From assembly GCA_963743885.1 (NCBI GenBank), contig CAVURJ010000001.1, positions 140,949 to 204,948 of the forward strand: a stretch of 64,000 bases of DNA. Direction: 5' to 3'. The position numbers and the translations under genes were made by a program. The notes under the pieces were generated by a model. It was not told where the DNA came from, searched no databases, and worked only from the letters and a program-made list of their open reading frames with translations. Positions within the stretch are counted from its first letter, which is position 1; each line of letters starts with the position of its first letter. The DNA is from Candidatus Moraniibacteriota bacterium. Its GTDB lineage: Bacteria; Patescibacteriota; Minisyncoccia; Moranbacterales; UBA1568. Shown here piece by piece: positions 44,662 to 54,205 of this stretch.

Positions 44662-45810
44662 ATGGCTATGAAAAAGGTTGATTATGGGAAGAAAGCGCTT
44701 GCAATCCACAAGAAGCTCCGCGGCAAAGTCGAGGTGACACCGAAGGCGAAAGTGAGGAACAAAGCGGATCTTTCCGTCTATTATACGCCTGGCGTCGGCG
44801 CCGTCTCGACGTATCTTGCGGAACACAAGGACAAGACGCGTGACTATACGATGAAGCGCAATATGGTAGCAGTCGTCTCAGATGGATCGGCTGTTCTCGG
44901 TCTCGGCAATATCGGCCCGGAGGGGGCGCTGCCGGTCATGGAAGGCAAGGCGATGCTCTTCAAGGCGCTCGCGGGGGTGGATGCGTTTCCGATCGTACTC
45001 TCGACGCAGGATACGGAAGAGATTATCCGGACGGTGAAGCATATCGCTCCTGGCTTTGGTGGCATCAACCTTGAGGATATCGCTGCGCCGCGCTGTTTTG
45101 AGATTGAAGAACGGCTGCGTGACGAGCTGGATATTCCGGTTATGCATGACGATCAGCACGGGACGGCCATGGTGGTGCTTGCGGGGCTTATCAATGCTTT
45201 CAAAGTAGTCGGTAAGAATCCAAAGAAGGCGAAGGTAGTCATCGCCGGAGCAGGGGCGGCTGGCAATGCGATTGCGGAGTTGCTCATCCTGTTTGGGGTA
45301 GGGGACCTGCTTATGGTGGACAGCCAAGGCATCATCTGCGGAGAACGCGCGGATCTGAGTGGATACAAGCGCGATATCCTGAAACGGACCAACAAACAGG
45401 GTATCTGTGGGACTTTAGCTGGTGCACTTCAGGGCGCGGATGTCTTTATTGGCGTTTCGAAGGGAAATACAGTGACGGCGGAGCATGTAGGGAGCATGGC
45501 GTCTGGTGCTATCGTCTTCGCGCTGGCTAATCCGGTGCCAGAAATCATGCCGGACATCGCCCTTTCGGCTGGGGCGGCGGTTGTCGCGACTGGGCGGTCT
45601 GATTTTGCCAACCAAATCAACAACTCGCTCGGTTTCCCGGGTATCTTCCGTGGAGCGCTCGATCGCCAGGTGCGGCGGATCACTGATGAGATGCTTATCC
45701 GGGCCGCCAAGAATCTTGCAGCGCTCGTGAAACAGCCGAAAGCTGATGCGATTATTCCGGATACTTTTGACAAGCGTGTCGTCATAGCCGTCTCGAAGGC
45801 GATTCGATAG
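44662..45810 (+). CDS. NAD(P)-dependent malic enzyme (short form)
   Basis: VRNKADLSVYYTPGVGAV..., Rossmann GAGAAGNAIA; start uncertain (44638-44668). Confidence 0.8.
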   Translation: MAMKKVDYGKKALAIHKKLRGKVEVTPKAKVRNKADLSVYYTPGVGAVSTYLAEHKDKTRDYTMKRNMVAVVSDGSAVLGLGNIGPEGALPVMEGKAMLFKALAGVDAFPIVLSTQDTEEIIRTVKHIAPGFGGINLEDIAAPRCFEIEERLRDELDIPVMHDDQHGTAMVVLAGLINAFKVVGKNPKKAKVVIAGAGAAGNAIAELLILFGVGDLLMVDSQGIICGERADLSGYKRDILKRTNKQGICGTLAGALQGADVFIGVSKGNTVTAEHVGSMASGAIVFALANPVPEIMPDIALSAGAAVVATGRSDFANQINNSLGFPGIFRGALDRQVRRITDEMLIRAAKNLAALVKQPKADAIIPDTFDKRVVIAVSKAIR

Positions 45811-45882
45811 CATATCGTAAGTTGAAGCATAGTCGCAAGTACAGATCGTGTGATATAATCTGAGTATTGTTAACGCGATCGT

Positions 45883-47064
45883 ATGAGCTTGCGTCTTAAG
45901 GCGTTTCTCGTTCTTGGTGTCGTCATGACGGCGCTCTTTTTCATCGCCAACCAGGCGCTCTCACGTCTCATGGTGAGTGAGTTTGTTGTCCTTGAGCGCC
46001 AAGAGATGGAAACCGATGTTGCGCGCGCGGCTGAGATGATGCGTTTCCGTATGGACGATCTTTCAGTCAAGCTTACCGATTGGGCACAGTGGGATGATAC
46101 ATATCAGTATGTTTCTGACCAGAACGAGGAATATCGAGGAGAATATGTCGAATCCAATCTTACGGATGAGACATTCGGAACGCTTCGGGTCGATCTGATT
46201 GTGATTGGTGACCGTTCCGGCGCACCGATCTATGCGAGACAGATGATAAATGGCGAAGAGAAGCCATTTCCTGAGAGTTTCAAGGAACATCTAGCCGAAG
46301 ATGTCCCGGAATTGTTCGATGATCGGAGAGAGCGTTTTGAGGAAGTTATCAGTCTACCCGAAGGACTACTCGTCTACGCTGTCCGGCCGGTGACGTCGAG
46401 CGATGGCAAGGCCGAGACGAACGGTTTTATGGTGTTCGGCTATTTCTTCGATCAGGCTGATGCTGATGTGCTCGGAAGCATGGCACACCTCCGTGTGCGG
46501 TATGCGCCGCTTTCGTTTGACCAGCCGCTTCCAGATGATTTTGCTAGCGCTAATGAACACCTTTCTCGCGAGCATCCGGTCTATGTGCCAGACCCAGGGG
46601 AGGCCGACAAAGTGTCCGGATACATGCTTGTCGAGGGCGGGCATGGCAAGCCAGTGATGCTCTTCCGTGTCGAGAAGACCCGCGATATCTATGATAAGGG
46701 CCAGGAAAGCATCGCGCTGTTTGCGAAGTTTCTCGCGGCATCTTCAGCAGTTCTCGTTTTGGCGTTGTTTTTCATCTCCGATTGGTTGGTGCTACGAAAA
46801 ATTGCTCGTCTTGCTATCCAGGTGAAGAAGGTTCGGGAGAGCGGCGATCTTGAGGCATCGGTGCGTCTGCCAGGCAAAGATGAGTTCGCAAAGCTGGCTC
46901 AGGAAGTGGACGGTATGCTCGAGTCGATGCGTGAGACTGAGGCACGGAGGCAGCAACAGATGGACGAGGTAGAGAAGCTCAACCGGCTCATGGTGAACCG
47001 CGAGCTCAAGATGATTGAACTCAAGCAGCAGATCCGCGAGATGAACAAGAAAAAAGATGAATAG
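45883..47064 (+). CDS. Sensor histidine kinase N-terminal part: TM-periplasmic sensor-TM-HAMP
   Basis: Two TM segments flanking ~270-aa extracytoplasmic region, then HAMP-like LRKIARLAIQVKKV...; ends at A6 run. Confidence 0.6.
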   Translation: MSLRLKAFLVLGVVMTALFFIANQALSRLMVSEFVVLERQEMETDVARAAEMMRFRMDDLSVKLTDWAQWDDTYQYVSDQNEEYRGEYVESNLTDETFGTLRVDLIVIGDRSGAPIYARQMINGEEKPFPESFKEHLAEDVPELFDDRRERFEEVISLPEGLLVYAVRPVTSSDGKAETNGFMVFGYFFDQADADVLGSMAHLRVRYAPLSFDQPLPDDFASANEHLSREHPVYVPDPGEADKVSGYMLVEGGHGKPVMLFRVEKTRDIYDKGQESIALFAKFLAASSAVLVLALFFISDWLVLRKIARLAIQVKKVRESGDLEASVRLPGKDEFAKLAQEVDGMLESMRETEARRQQQMDEVEKLNRLMVNRELKMIELKQQIREMNKKKDE

Positions 47065-48739
47065 CACCGAAGAAGAAAAGAAGGCGCTGGACGGAGCAGC
47101 TGCTCGTCCGGCCGCAGCGGATATCGATCGGCTCAAGGAGCAGAATCGATTCCTTGAGGATGCTCGCCAGGCAATCGGCAATATTCTTGAGGATATCGCC
47201 GAATCCGAGGCAAATCTCCGCAAGCAGACGGAAGAACTTAAGAAATTCCAGGAAATTGCTGATTCCAGCTTCGACCAGATCATCATTACGGATCCAGATG
47301 CGGTTATTCTCTATGCCAATCATGCGACAGAAATATTGACTGGTTATTCGAAGGAAGAGCTTGTTGGGAAGAAGCCGTCTATTTGGGGCGGAAAGATGCC
47401 GCAAGAGGTGTATCAGAAGCTTTGGAAGACGATCAAGGAGGAGAAACTGCCGTACGCGGGAGAATTCACGAATCAACGCAAGAATGGTGAGAAGTACCTG
47501 GCGAGCACGCGTATCTCTCCGCTTTTGGATAAGAATGGCGATGTGAAGTTTTTCGTGGCGGTGCAGCGCGATATCACTGAGGAGCGCAAGTCGCAGGCGA
47601 GAATTGTCAGGCACGCTGCAGAGCTCGAAAGCGCCAATGCTAGGATTGAGGCTGAGAAGGAACGTGCTGAGAGTATCCTTGGCTTCCTCAAATCGATTGG
47701 CGAGGGCGTCTTCGCGACTGATCTTGAAGGCAAGGTCATATTCATGAACGAGGCGGCGGAGCTTCTGACGGGCACGACGTTCGCCGAGGCGGAGCACAAG
47801 CTTTCCAAGGAAGTATTTCGTTTCGTTGAGGAGACCGGGGCGGAAGGTCACCCGTTCTATTTGGTCGACAACGTCCTCGGCAAGCGCCGAGCGAAGAACC
47901 TCTCGAGCAAGGTATTCATCATCCGTGGTGAGAAGAAGATTCCGGTTTCTGGTACGTGCTCTCTCATCCGTGATGCGCAGGATCAGATCATTGGTGCGAT
48001 TGCCGTCTTCCAGGATATCACCAAGAAGCATGAGCTTGATCAGATGAAGGACAGCTTCCTTTCGGTGGCGGCGCATCAGCTGCGGACACCGCTCGGCAGC
48101 ATGCGCTGGAGCATGGAACTCCTGCTCAATGGCGATCTCGGGGAGCTGCCGCCGGATGCCAAGGAAGCCGTGACGCAGCTGTATGACAACAGCCAGCGCA
48201 TGGTGATGCTCGTGAATGACCTCTTGGATGTGTCGCGCATCGATCAGAACAAGGGCAAGGAGGAGAAAAAGACAGTCGATGTCATCTCAGTCATCCGGGA
48301 TGCTGTGGCATCACTTGCAGCCGAGGCAGAGAAACGGTCGGTCACAGTACATCTTTCCGTACCGGAGGCATCTGTTCCGGGAATCATGGCTCCGCCCAAG
48401 CGGCTCTATGAGGCCTTCGAGAATCTTATCTCGAACGGTATCAAGTACAACCGGAAGGATGGCCGGTTGGATATCGCTGTCACGCAGGATGATAAGGGCA
48501 TCGAAGTGATGATCAAGGATACTGGCATCGGTATCCCGAAGGACGACCAGTCAAAGATTTTTTCGAAGTTCTTCCGCGCCTCGAACGCCGTCCTCAAGGA
48601 GACGGAAGGTAGCGGATTGGGGCTTTCGGTGGTAAAATCCTATCTGGAAGAGGCGGATGCACGTATCTTTTTTGAGAGCGTCGAAGAAGTCGGGACGACA
48701 TTCATGATTCGGTTCCCGTTCAATCCGCTGGATACCTAA
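47057..48739 (+). CDS. Histidine kinase cytoplasmic part: coiled coil-PAS-PAS-HisKA-HATPase_c
   Basis: DSFLSVAAHQLRTPL (H-box), DTGIGIP / GSGLGLSVV (G-boxes); start overlaps upstream stop (ATGAATAG). Confidence 0.8.
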   Translation: MNSTEEEKKALDGAAARPAAADIDRLKEQNRFLEDARQAIGNILEDIAESEANLRKQTEELKKFQEIADSSFDQIIITDPDAVILYANHATEILTGYSKEELVGKKPSIWGGKMPQEVYQKLWKTIKEEKLPYAGEFTNQRKNGEKYLASTRISPLLDKNGDVKFFVAVQRDITEERKSQARIVRHAAELESANARIEAEKERAESILGFLKSIGEGVFATDLEGKVIFMNEAAELLTGTTFAEAEHKLSKEVFRFVEETGAEGHPFYLVDNVLGKRRAKNLSSKVFIIRGEKKIPVSGTCSLIRDAQDQIIGAIAVFQDITKKHELDQMKDSFLSVAAHQLRTPLGSMRWSMELLLNGDLGELPPDAKEAVTQLYDNSQRMVMLVNDLLDVSRIDQNKGKEEKKTVDVISVIRDAVASLAAEAEKRSVTVHLSVPEASVPGIMAPPKRLYEAFENLISNGIKYNRKDGRLDIAVTQDDKGIEVMIKDTGIGIPKDDQSKIFSKFFRASNAVLKETEGSGLGLSVVKSYLEEADARIFFESVEEVGTTFMIRFPFNPLDT

Positions 48740-48781
48740 TATATTTCTTCTCGAGGTGATTATCTTTTAATACATAAGACT

Positions 48782-49159
48782 ATGAGCCAGGAAAAATTTG
48801 TTCTCGTCGTCGAAGACGATCCGTTCTATTCCAAGATTTATAAGACGAAGCTTGCGAAGGAGAATATCCATGCCGAGATCGTGAGCAATGGCAATGAGGC
48901 CATCAAGCTGTCGCGTGAGAAGCAGCCGGCGCTCGTGTTGCTCGATCTCATCATGCCGGGCAAGGACGGTTTCGAGACACTGGCCGAGCTCAAGGCTGAC
49001 CCGGTGCTCAAGAACATCCCGGTCATTATCCTCTCCAACCTGAGCCAGGAGGAGGATATCAAGAAGGTCATGGACCTCGGAGCTGCCGAGTATCTCATCA
49101 AGGCCAACGTCCCGATCAGCCAGGTCGTCGAGAAGGTGAAGAACGCTCTCGGAGCCTAG
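48782..49159 (+). CDS. Stand-alone response regulator receiver (CheY-like)
   Basis: VLVVEDDPF...LLDLIMPGKDGFE...KA; 125 aa. Confidence 0.85.
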   Translation: MSQEKFVLVVEDDPFYSKIYKTKLAKENIHAEIVSNGNEAIKLSREKQPALVLLDLIMPGKDGFETLAELKADPVLKNIPVIILSNLSQEEDIKKVMDLGAAEYLIKANVPISQVVEKVKNALGA

Positions 49160-49229
49160 CCTATTTCACCTAGGCGGTGATTTTAACGGTTATTTGGGCG
49201 CCCGGACGTCTTTTTTGCATAATTCCAGC

Positions 49230-50942
49230 ATGTATATCAGGGATATGGAGGATGTCCTCGGACATGATGAACTCAAGGCGCTCCTGCTTGATGCAGGGCT
49301 CGTAGAGGAGAAGGACCTCGAGATGGCCGAGGAGCATTTCCGCACGAGCGGTGGGACGTTCGCGCAGGCTATTCTTTGGTATAGTCTCGTCTCGGATGAA
49401 GAGCTCGGCCGCCTTATGGCGGATGCGCTTGGTGTGCCGTTCGCCGATCTTTCGCAGAAGTCGATATCGGACGAGGTGCTTCGTATTGTTCCTGAGGCGA
49501 TCGCGAAGCATCGCCATGTGATCGCCTTTTCCGTCGATAGTGATGGTCTTCATGTGGCCATGGCTGATCCTCGCGACCTTGAGATGCGAGGGTTCCTCGA
49601 GAAGAAATCAGGGATGCCTGTCATCGTCTCGTACGCATCCGAACGCGGATTGGAGAATGCGCTTTCGCTCTATCAAAAGGGAGTGACCCAGGCGTTCGAT
49701 GATCTCATCGCTTCCGATCTCGAGGCGGCCGGCAAAGCTGGCAAGGAGACTGATCCTCCGATCATCCGCATCGTCGATACGCTCATCGCCTATGCGTACC
49801 AGAATCGTGCATCCGATATCCATCTCGAGCCGCGCGAGCGCGATATGCTGGTGCGTTTCCGCATCGACGGCATGCTCGTCGATATTGTGAAGCTGCCGCC
49901 GGAGCTCCATCCACAGATCCTTTCGCGCATCAAGGTGCTCGGTGGGTTGCGCACCGATGAGCATAAGGTGCCGCAGGACGGCAAGGTAGAATTTCCGATT
50001 GAAGGCCGCGAGCATCTCGATGTCCGCGTCTCCATCATCCCGACGACCGAAGGGGAAAAGGCAGTGCTCCGGTTGCTGTCCGACCGATCGCGTCAGTTCT
50101 CGCTCGCCAATCTTGGTTTTTCCCAGGATACGCTCGAGATACTCAAGACGGCCTACCGCAAGCCGTATGGCATGGTGCTGGTCACTGGTCCGACCGGCTG
50201 CGGCAAGACGACGACGCTGTATTCCGTGCTCAAGCTACTCAACCGCCGCGATGTGAATATCGTGACGATCGAGGATCCGGTGGAGTACGACATGGAAGGC
50301 GTGAGCCAGATCCAGGTCAACCCGGAGGTGAATCTTACGTTCGCTACGGGTCTCCGGAGTATCCTGCGCCAGGACCCGAATATTATTCTGGTCGGCGAGA
50401 TCCGCGACAAGGAGACTGCCGGCATCGCCGTGAATCTCGCGATGACGGGCCATCTCGTCCTCTCGACGCTCCATACGAACGACGCCGCGACGTCCATCCC
50501 GCGCCTGATCGATATGGGCATCGAGCCGTTCCTTATCGCATCGACCGTCAATATCATCATCGCACAGCGACTTGTGCGCAAGATTCATGAGCCGTGCCGC
50601 GTGAGCGAGGAGGCTGACAGTGAGGAGATCCGGAAGCGGATCGGTGACGAATCGTTCAGGGCGATCTTCGGCTCGGATTGCCAGAGCAAGACGGTGCGCG
50701 TCTATCGTGGTAAGGGTTGTGACGCCTGTCATGGTACTGGTTATGAGGGTCGCTCCGGCATCTTTGAGGCGCTCGTACTCGATGATGCTTTGCGTGAAGC
50801 GGTAGCGGATTCCAAGGATGCTGGCATTATCCGCGACCTCGCGGTGCGCGCCGGGATGCTGACGATGTTCGAAGATGGCTTGCTCAAGGCATTCCAGGGT
50901 CTGACGACGCTCGATGAAGTCATGCGCGCCACTAAAGAGTAA
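49230..50942 (+). CDS. pilB: Type IV pilus assembly ATPase PilB (GspE family)
   Basis: GSPII_E_N-like N-terminus, LVTGPTGCGKTTTLYSVL Walker A, CRVSEE...GCDACHGTG tetracysteine; start could be 49194. Confidence 0.85.
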   Translation: MYIRDMEDVLGHDELKALLLDAGLVEEKDLEMAEEHFRTSGGTFAQAILWYSLVSDEELGRLMADALGVPFADLSQKSISDEVLRIVPEAIAKHRHVIAFSVDSDGLHVAMADPRDLEMRGFLEKKSGMPVIVSYASERGLENALSLYQKGVTQAFDDLIASDLEAAGKAGKETDPPIIRIVDTLIAYAYQNRASDIHLEPRERDMLVRFRIDGMLVDIVKLPPELHPQILSRIKVLGGLRTDEHKVPQDGKVEFPIEGREHLDVRVSIIPTTEGEKAVLRLLSDRSRQFSLANLGFSQDTLEILKTAYRKPYGMVLVTGPTGCGKTTTLYSVLKLLNRRDVNIVTIEDPVEYDMEGVSQIQVNPEVNLTFATGLRSILRQDPNIILVGEIRDKETAGIAVNLAMTGHLVLSTLHTNDAATSIPRLIDMGIEPFLIASTVNIIIAQRLVRKIHEPCRVSEEADSEEIRKRIGDESFRAIFGSDCQSKTVRVYRGKGCDACHGTGYEGRSGIFEALVLDDALREAVADSKDAGIIRDLAVRAGMLTMFEDGLLKAFQGLTTLDEVMRATKE

Positions 50943-51066
50943 TTTCCAATGATCAATTCGCAATTTACATTGAATTTCCAATGAGACAATGATCAATTTT
51001 TGAAAATCACAACATTGGAATTTGAAAATTGATTGAAAATTGGAAATTGAAAATTTCTTAAAATAT
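50943..51066. repeat. AT-rich direct-repeat region (ttccaatga / caatttt / tgaaaat units) between pilB and pilC
   Basis: tttccaatgatcaattcgcaatttacattgaatttccaatgagacaatgatcaatttttgaaaatc...gaaaattgattgaaaattggaaattgaaaatttc. Confidence 0.55.
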
Positions 51067-52119
51067 ATGTTCTCTTCCGTATCTCATATCGACAAGCTGC
51101 TCTTCACCCGCGAGCTCTCGGTCATGCTCCGAAGCGGCGTGCCGATCGGCGAGGCGCTCGCGTCATTTTCTTCGCAGGCGAAGCGCGGACCGATGAAGCG
51201 ACTCGTCCTCTCGCTCCTCTCTGACATCGAGAACGGACAGCTTTTTTCAGCTGCGCTCACCAAATTTCCGAAGGCGTTCGATGCGCTTTATATCAACCTC
51301 GTGCGTATCGGCGAGACATCCGGGACATTACCAGAAAATCTCGCTTTCCTCTCGCGCGAGATGGATAGCTCGTACGCATTTCGGAGGAAGATCCAGGGCA
51401 TCATTCTGTATCCGGCGCTCGTCCTTTCGATGGCGCTCGTCCTTGGTGCTGCTATCAGCATCTTCATCCTGCCGAGGCTCATTCGGCTCTTTGATTCGTT
51501 CGATATTGTGCTGCCGCTCTCGACGCGCATCCTGCTTTCCATCGCATCCGTCATGGATCGGTACGGCATCATCGTTTTCGCGCTGCTTTTTGCTGCCATC
51601 ATGCTTTGGCGCATCATCATCGCACTGCCGGCCGTGAAGCCATTCTGGCATCGGCTGCTCCTGTCACTCCCTGTATTCGGTAGTTTTTCCCGCGATGTCG
51701 CGCTCGCGCATTTCTGTCGCGATATGGGGGTGATGCTCCGGAGCGGCTTGCCGCTTTTCGAAGCGCTTACTACCGAGTCGGCAGCCATGGAGAATAGGGC
51801 GTTCGCCCGTCTCGCTCAGTCGCTTGCACTCGCTGTCTCACAGGGGCGTTCGCTCGCTCTAGAGCTTGTGCGTCCTCAGTATGCTGTCATTCCGCCAATC
51901 GTCGTCCGGATGATCACGGCCGGTGAGAAGACGGGGCGTCTCGCAGAGACATTTGCCTATCTCGAGGAATTTTATGAGGCAGAGACTGATCGCCGCATCA
52001 AGGGGATGACAGTGATCTTCGAGCCGCTGCTCCTGGTTGTCATTGGTCTCATCGTCGCGTTCCTCGCCACGGCTATCATGACGCCTATCTATTCCCTTAC
52101 AGGCTCCATCCACCGGTAG
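51040..52119 (+). CDS. pilC: Type IV pilus inner-membrane platform protein PilC (GspF family), N-terminally short
   Basis: Two T2SSF repeats; alternative start 51067 (MFSSVSHIDKLLF). Confidence 0.75.
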   Translation: MEIENFLKYMFSSVSHIDKLLFTRELSVMLRSGVPIGEALASFSSQAKRGPMKRLVLSLLSDIENGQLFSAALTKFPKAFDALYINLVRIGETSGTLPENLAFLSREMDSSYAFRRKIQGIILYPALVLSMALVLGAAISIFILPRLIRLFDSFDIVLPLSTRILLSIASVMDRYGIIVFALLFAAIMLWRIIIALPAVKPFWHRLLLSLPVFGSFSRDVALAHFCRDMGVMLRSGLPLFEALTTESAAMENRAFARLAQSLALAVSQGRSLALELVRPQYAVIPPIVVRMITAGEKTGRLAETFAYLEEFYEAETDRRIKGMTVIFEPLLLVVIGLIVAFLATAIMTPIYSLTGSIHR

Positions 52120-52162
52120 GACTCGGAGATTCGGCGCGCTTCTTCGTTGCAAGCTCTGGTAC

Positions 52163-52197
52163 CCCGCCCGAAGCGTACCGCTCCGGTGCGGGCGGGT
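52163..52197. repeat. GC-rich palindromic element copy E
   Basis: ccccgcccgaagcgtaccgctccggtgcgggcggg. Confidence 0.65.
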
Positions 52198-52229
52198 CGC
52201 CGCGGTGTTGAGTTGATAAGTATGGAAAA

Positions 52230-52658
52230 ATGAAAGGATTTACACTTATTGAAGTCATACTTGTCGTCGGGCTCGCCATAGCGATCGCGGCGGTTGCTCT
52301 GCCATCGCCGGCGCGTTTTGTCTTTTCGCAGCAGGCAGCAGTCGTCGCGGATGAGCTTTCGGGGAGCCTACGTAAGGCCCAAGGCTATGCCATGTCTGGC
52401 AAGGGCGGGGCGTCATGGGGAGTCGCTGTCCGGGATGGTTACATCGTGCTGTTTCAGGGCGGCTCGTACGATAGCCGGGATGTGTCCTTTGATGAAACGT
52501 ATACTATACCCGATCGGATCAATGTTTCCGGTATTGATGAAGTGATTTTTGTGGGGCCATCCAGCCATCCGTCGGCGACACCAGAGGTAACGATAACTTG
52601 GAGGGATGACAGCTGGTCATATGTGCTGAATGCCGAAGGCGTCTTGGAGGAACGTTGA
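52230..52658 (+). CDS. Type IV pilin-like (pseudopilin) protein
   Basis: MKG/FTLIEVILVVGLAIAIAAVAL class III signal peptide. Confidence 0.75.
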   Translation: MKGFTLIEVILVVGLAIAIAAVALPSPARFVFSQQAAVVADELSGSLRKAQGYAMSGKGGASWGVAVRDGYIVLFQGGSYDSRDVSFDETYTIPDRINVSGIDEVIFVGPSSHPSATPEVTITWRDDSWSYVLNAEGVLEER

Positions 52659-52662
52659 ACTT

Positions 52663-53124
52663 ATGCGGACCGTACAAAAAGGATTTTCGCTGATTGAGCT
52701 GCTCCTGGCGGGAGCGATTTTTTCCGTGTCCGCCTGGGGGATGGCGGAGGTGCTTATGTCGGCGCTCACGACTGATCGGCTGAGTGAGGAGACAGCGATT
52801 GCGTCTTTGTACGCCGAAGAGGGGATTGAGGCGGTCCGGTCGATCCGGGCAGGGAGCTTCGATGCGCTCGTTGAGACGGGGTCTTCGGGAGTCGCCGTTT
52901 CGGGTGATCATTGGGAATTCGCTGGCTCTGAAGATACGTATGGGAAATACAGGCGCGTCATTGGGGTCGCCGAAGTGCGCCGCGATGCCAGTGGGAATAT
53001 TGTGGAGAGCGGTGGCGATGCGGATCCTGATACTCGCAAGGTGACAGCGACGGTCACATGGAATGTCACGTCATCCAGAGAGGATTCGGTGGTGTTGGAA
53101 ACATATCTCACACGCTGGAAGTAA
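52663..53124 (+). CDS. Type IV pilin-like (minor pilin) protein
   Basis: MRTVQKG/FSLIELLLAGAIFSV. Confidence 0.7.
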   Translation: MRTVQKGFSLIELLLAGAIFSVSAWGMAEVLMSALTTDRLSEETAIASLYAEEGIEAVRSIRAGSFDALVETGSSGVAVSGDHWEFAGSEDTYGKYRRVIGVAEVRRDASGNIVESGGDADPDTRKVTATVTWNVTSSREDSVVLETYLTRWK

Positions 53125-53160
53125 TATACAATCGGTGTATCATCACACCTGAGAAACTTT

Positions 53161-53697
53161 ATGGACTTGAGGGGCTTTACGAACTTGCGTGGCTTTACTC
53201 TCTTCGAAGTGCTGCTCTACCTGGGCATCTTTTCGATTATGTCCCTCGGGCTGCTTATGTTTAATTGGAATATTTCTGATCTCGGCGTGAAGGAGAATGT
53301 GAGCCGGCAGACCGCATCCGATGCGCGTTTCGTCGCCATGAGGCTGGAGACACTCATCCGCGAGGCGGCTTCCGTTGATGAGGGAGCATCGGTCTTCGAT
53401 GATGCGGACGGACGGCTCGTGCTCGGGCAGCCTGGATCGTCCGATACAGTGACTATAAGCGTCGCAGGCGGCCGCGTGACGCTCATGGGGACAAACATCG
53501 ATCCGGTGGCGTTCCATTCTTCTGCAGCAGCTGTTTCTGAACTCCGATTCGAGCATCACGGAGCAGCCTCGGATGGATCCGAATACGTCGGTTTTGTCCT
53601 GACGCTCGGTTCTGTCCAGTCCGGCCATACCCGCGCATCGTATGATGCCGCTACGACCGTACGTTCGGGAGCTTTTCTAAGGAATCAGGACCTATGA
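53161..53697 (+). CDS. Type IV pilin-like (minor pilin) protein
   Basis: ...LRG/FTLFEVLLYLGIFSIMSL. Confidence 0.65.
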   Translation: MDLRGFTNLRGFTLFEVLLYLGIFSIMSLGLLMFNWNISDLGVKENVSRQTASDARFVAMRLETLIREAASVDEGASVFDDADGRLVLGQPGSSDTVTISVAGGRVTLMGTNIDPVAFHSSAAAVSELRFEHHGAASDGSEYVGFVLTLGSVQSGHTRASYDAATTVRSGAFLRNQDL

Positions 53698-54182
53698 GTC
53701 CCGTTAGAAAAAAACAGATACTACCGATTACAGCAGTGACGCCCCGTGATTCCGGCGAGGGGGGCGCTTCTTTTGGTCGAGCGTTTTTTTCTAACGGGAT
53801 GAGACAACAGGGATTTGTCGCCATGATTGTTGTGCTTTCCATGCTCGTCTTTTCGGCGGTGCTCATCTTGGGCGCGACGTATCTTTCCATTGGTGAGGCA
53901 CAGGTCTCGCTCGCTCTTGTGGAGGGGGAGGCGGCATTCACTGCTGCCGAAGGATGTGCGGAGAATGCACTCCTCCTCTCGCTCCGCGATGAAGCCTATG
54001 ACGGCGGGACATATGATTTGCTCGGCGCTACCTGTACGGTGGATGTCGCGATTGACGGTGTGCGGTATACGTTTTCCGTGGCGGCTGAAAAGGACGGCTT
54101 TGCGCGTTCTGTCGAGATAGCGGCCGATCGTGAGGTGGGGCCACCGGCTGCCTTTTCCGCTGTGCGCTGGCTCGAGCGGTAA
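53694..54182 (+). CDS. PilX-like minor pilin / pilus-associated protein
   Basis: MRQQG/FVAMIVVLSMLVFSAVLILG hydrophobic segment (alternative start ~53799). Confidence 0.5.
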   Translation: MSPVRKKQILPITAVTPRDSGEGGASFGRAFFSNGMRQQGFVAMIVVLSMLVFSAVLILGATYLSIGEAQVSLALVEGEAAFTAAEGCAENALLLSLRDEAYDGGTYDLLGATCTVDVAIDGVRYTFSVAAEKDGFARSVEIAADREVGPPAAFSAVRWLER

Positions 54183-54205
54183 AAACGCGCTAGAATGGGA
54201 TATAT

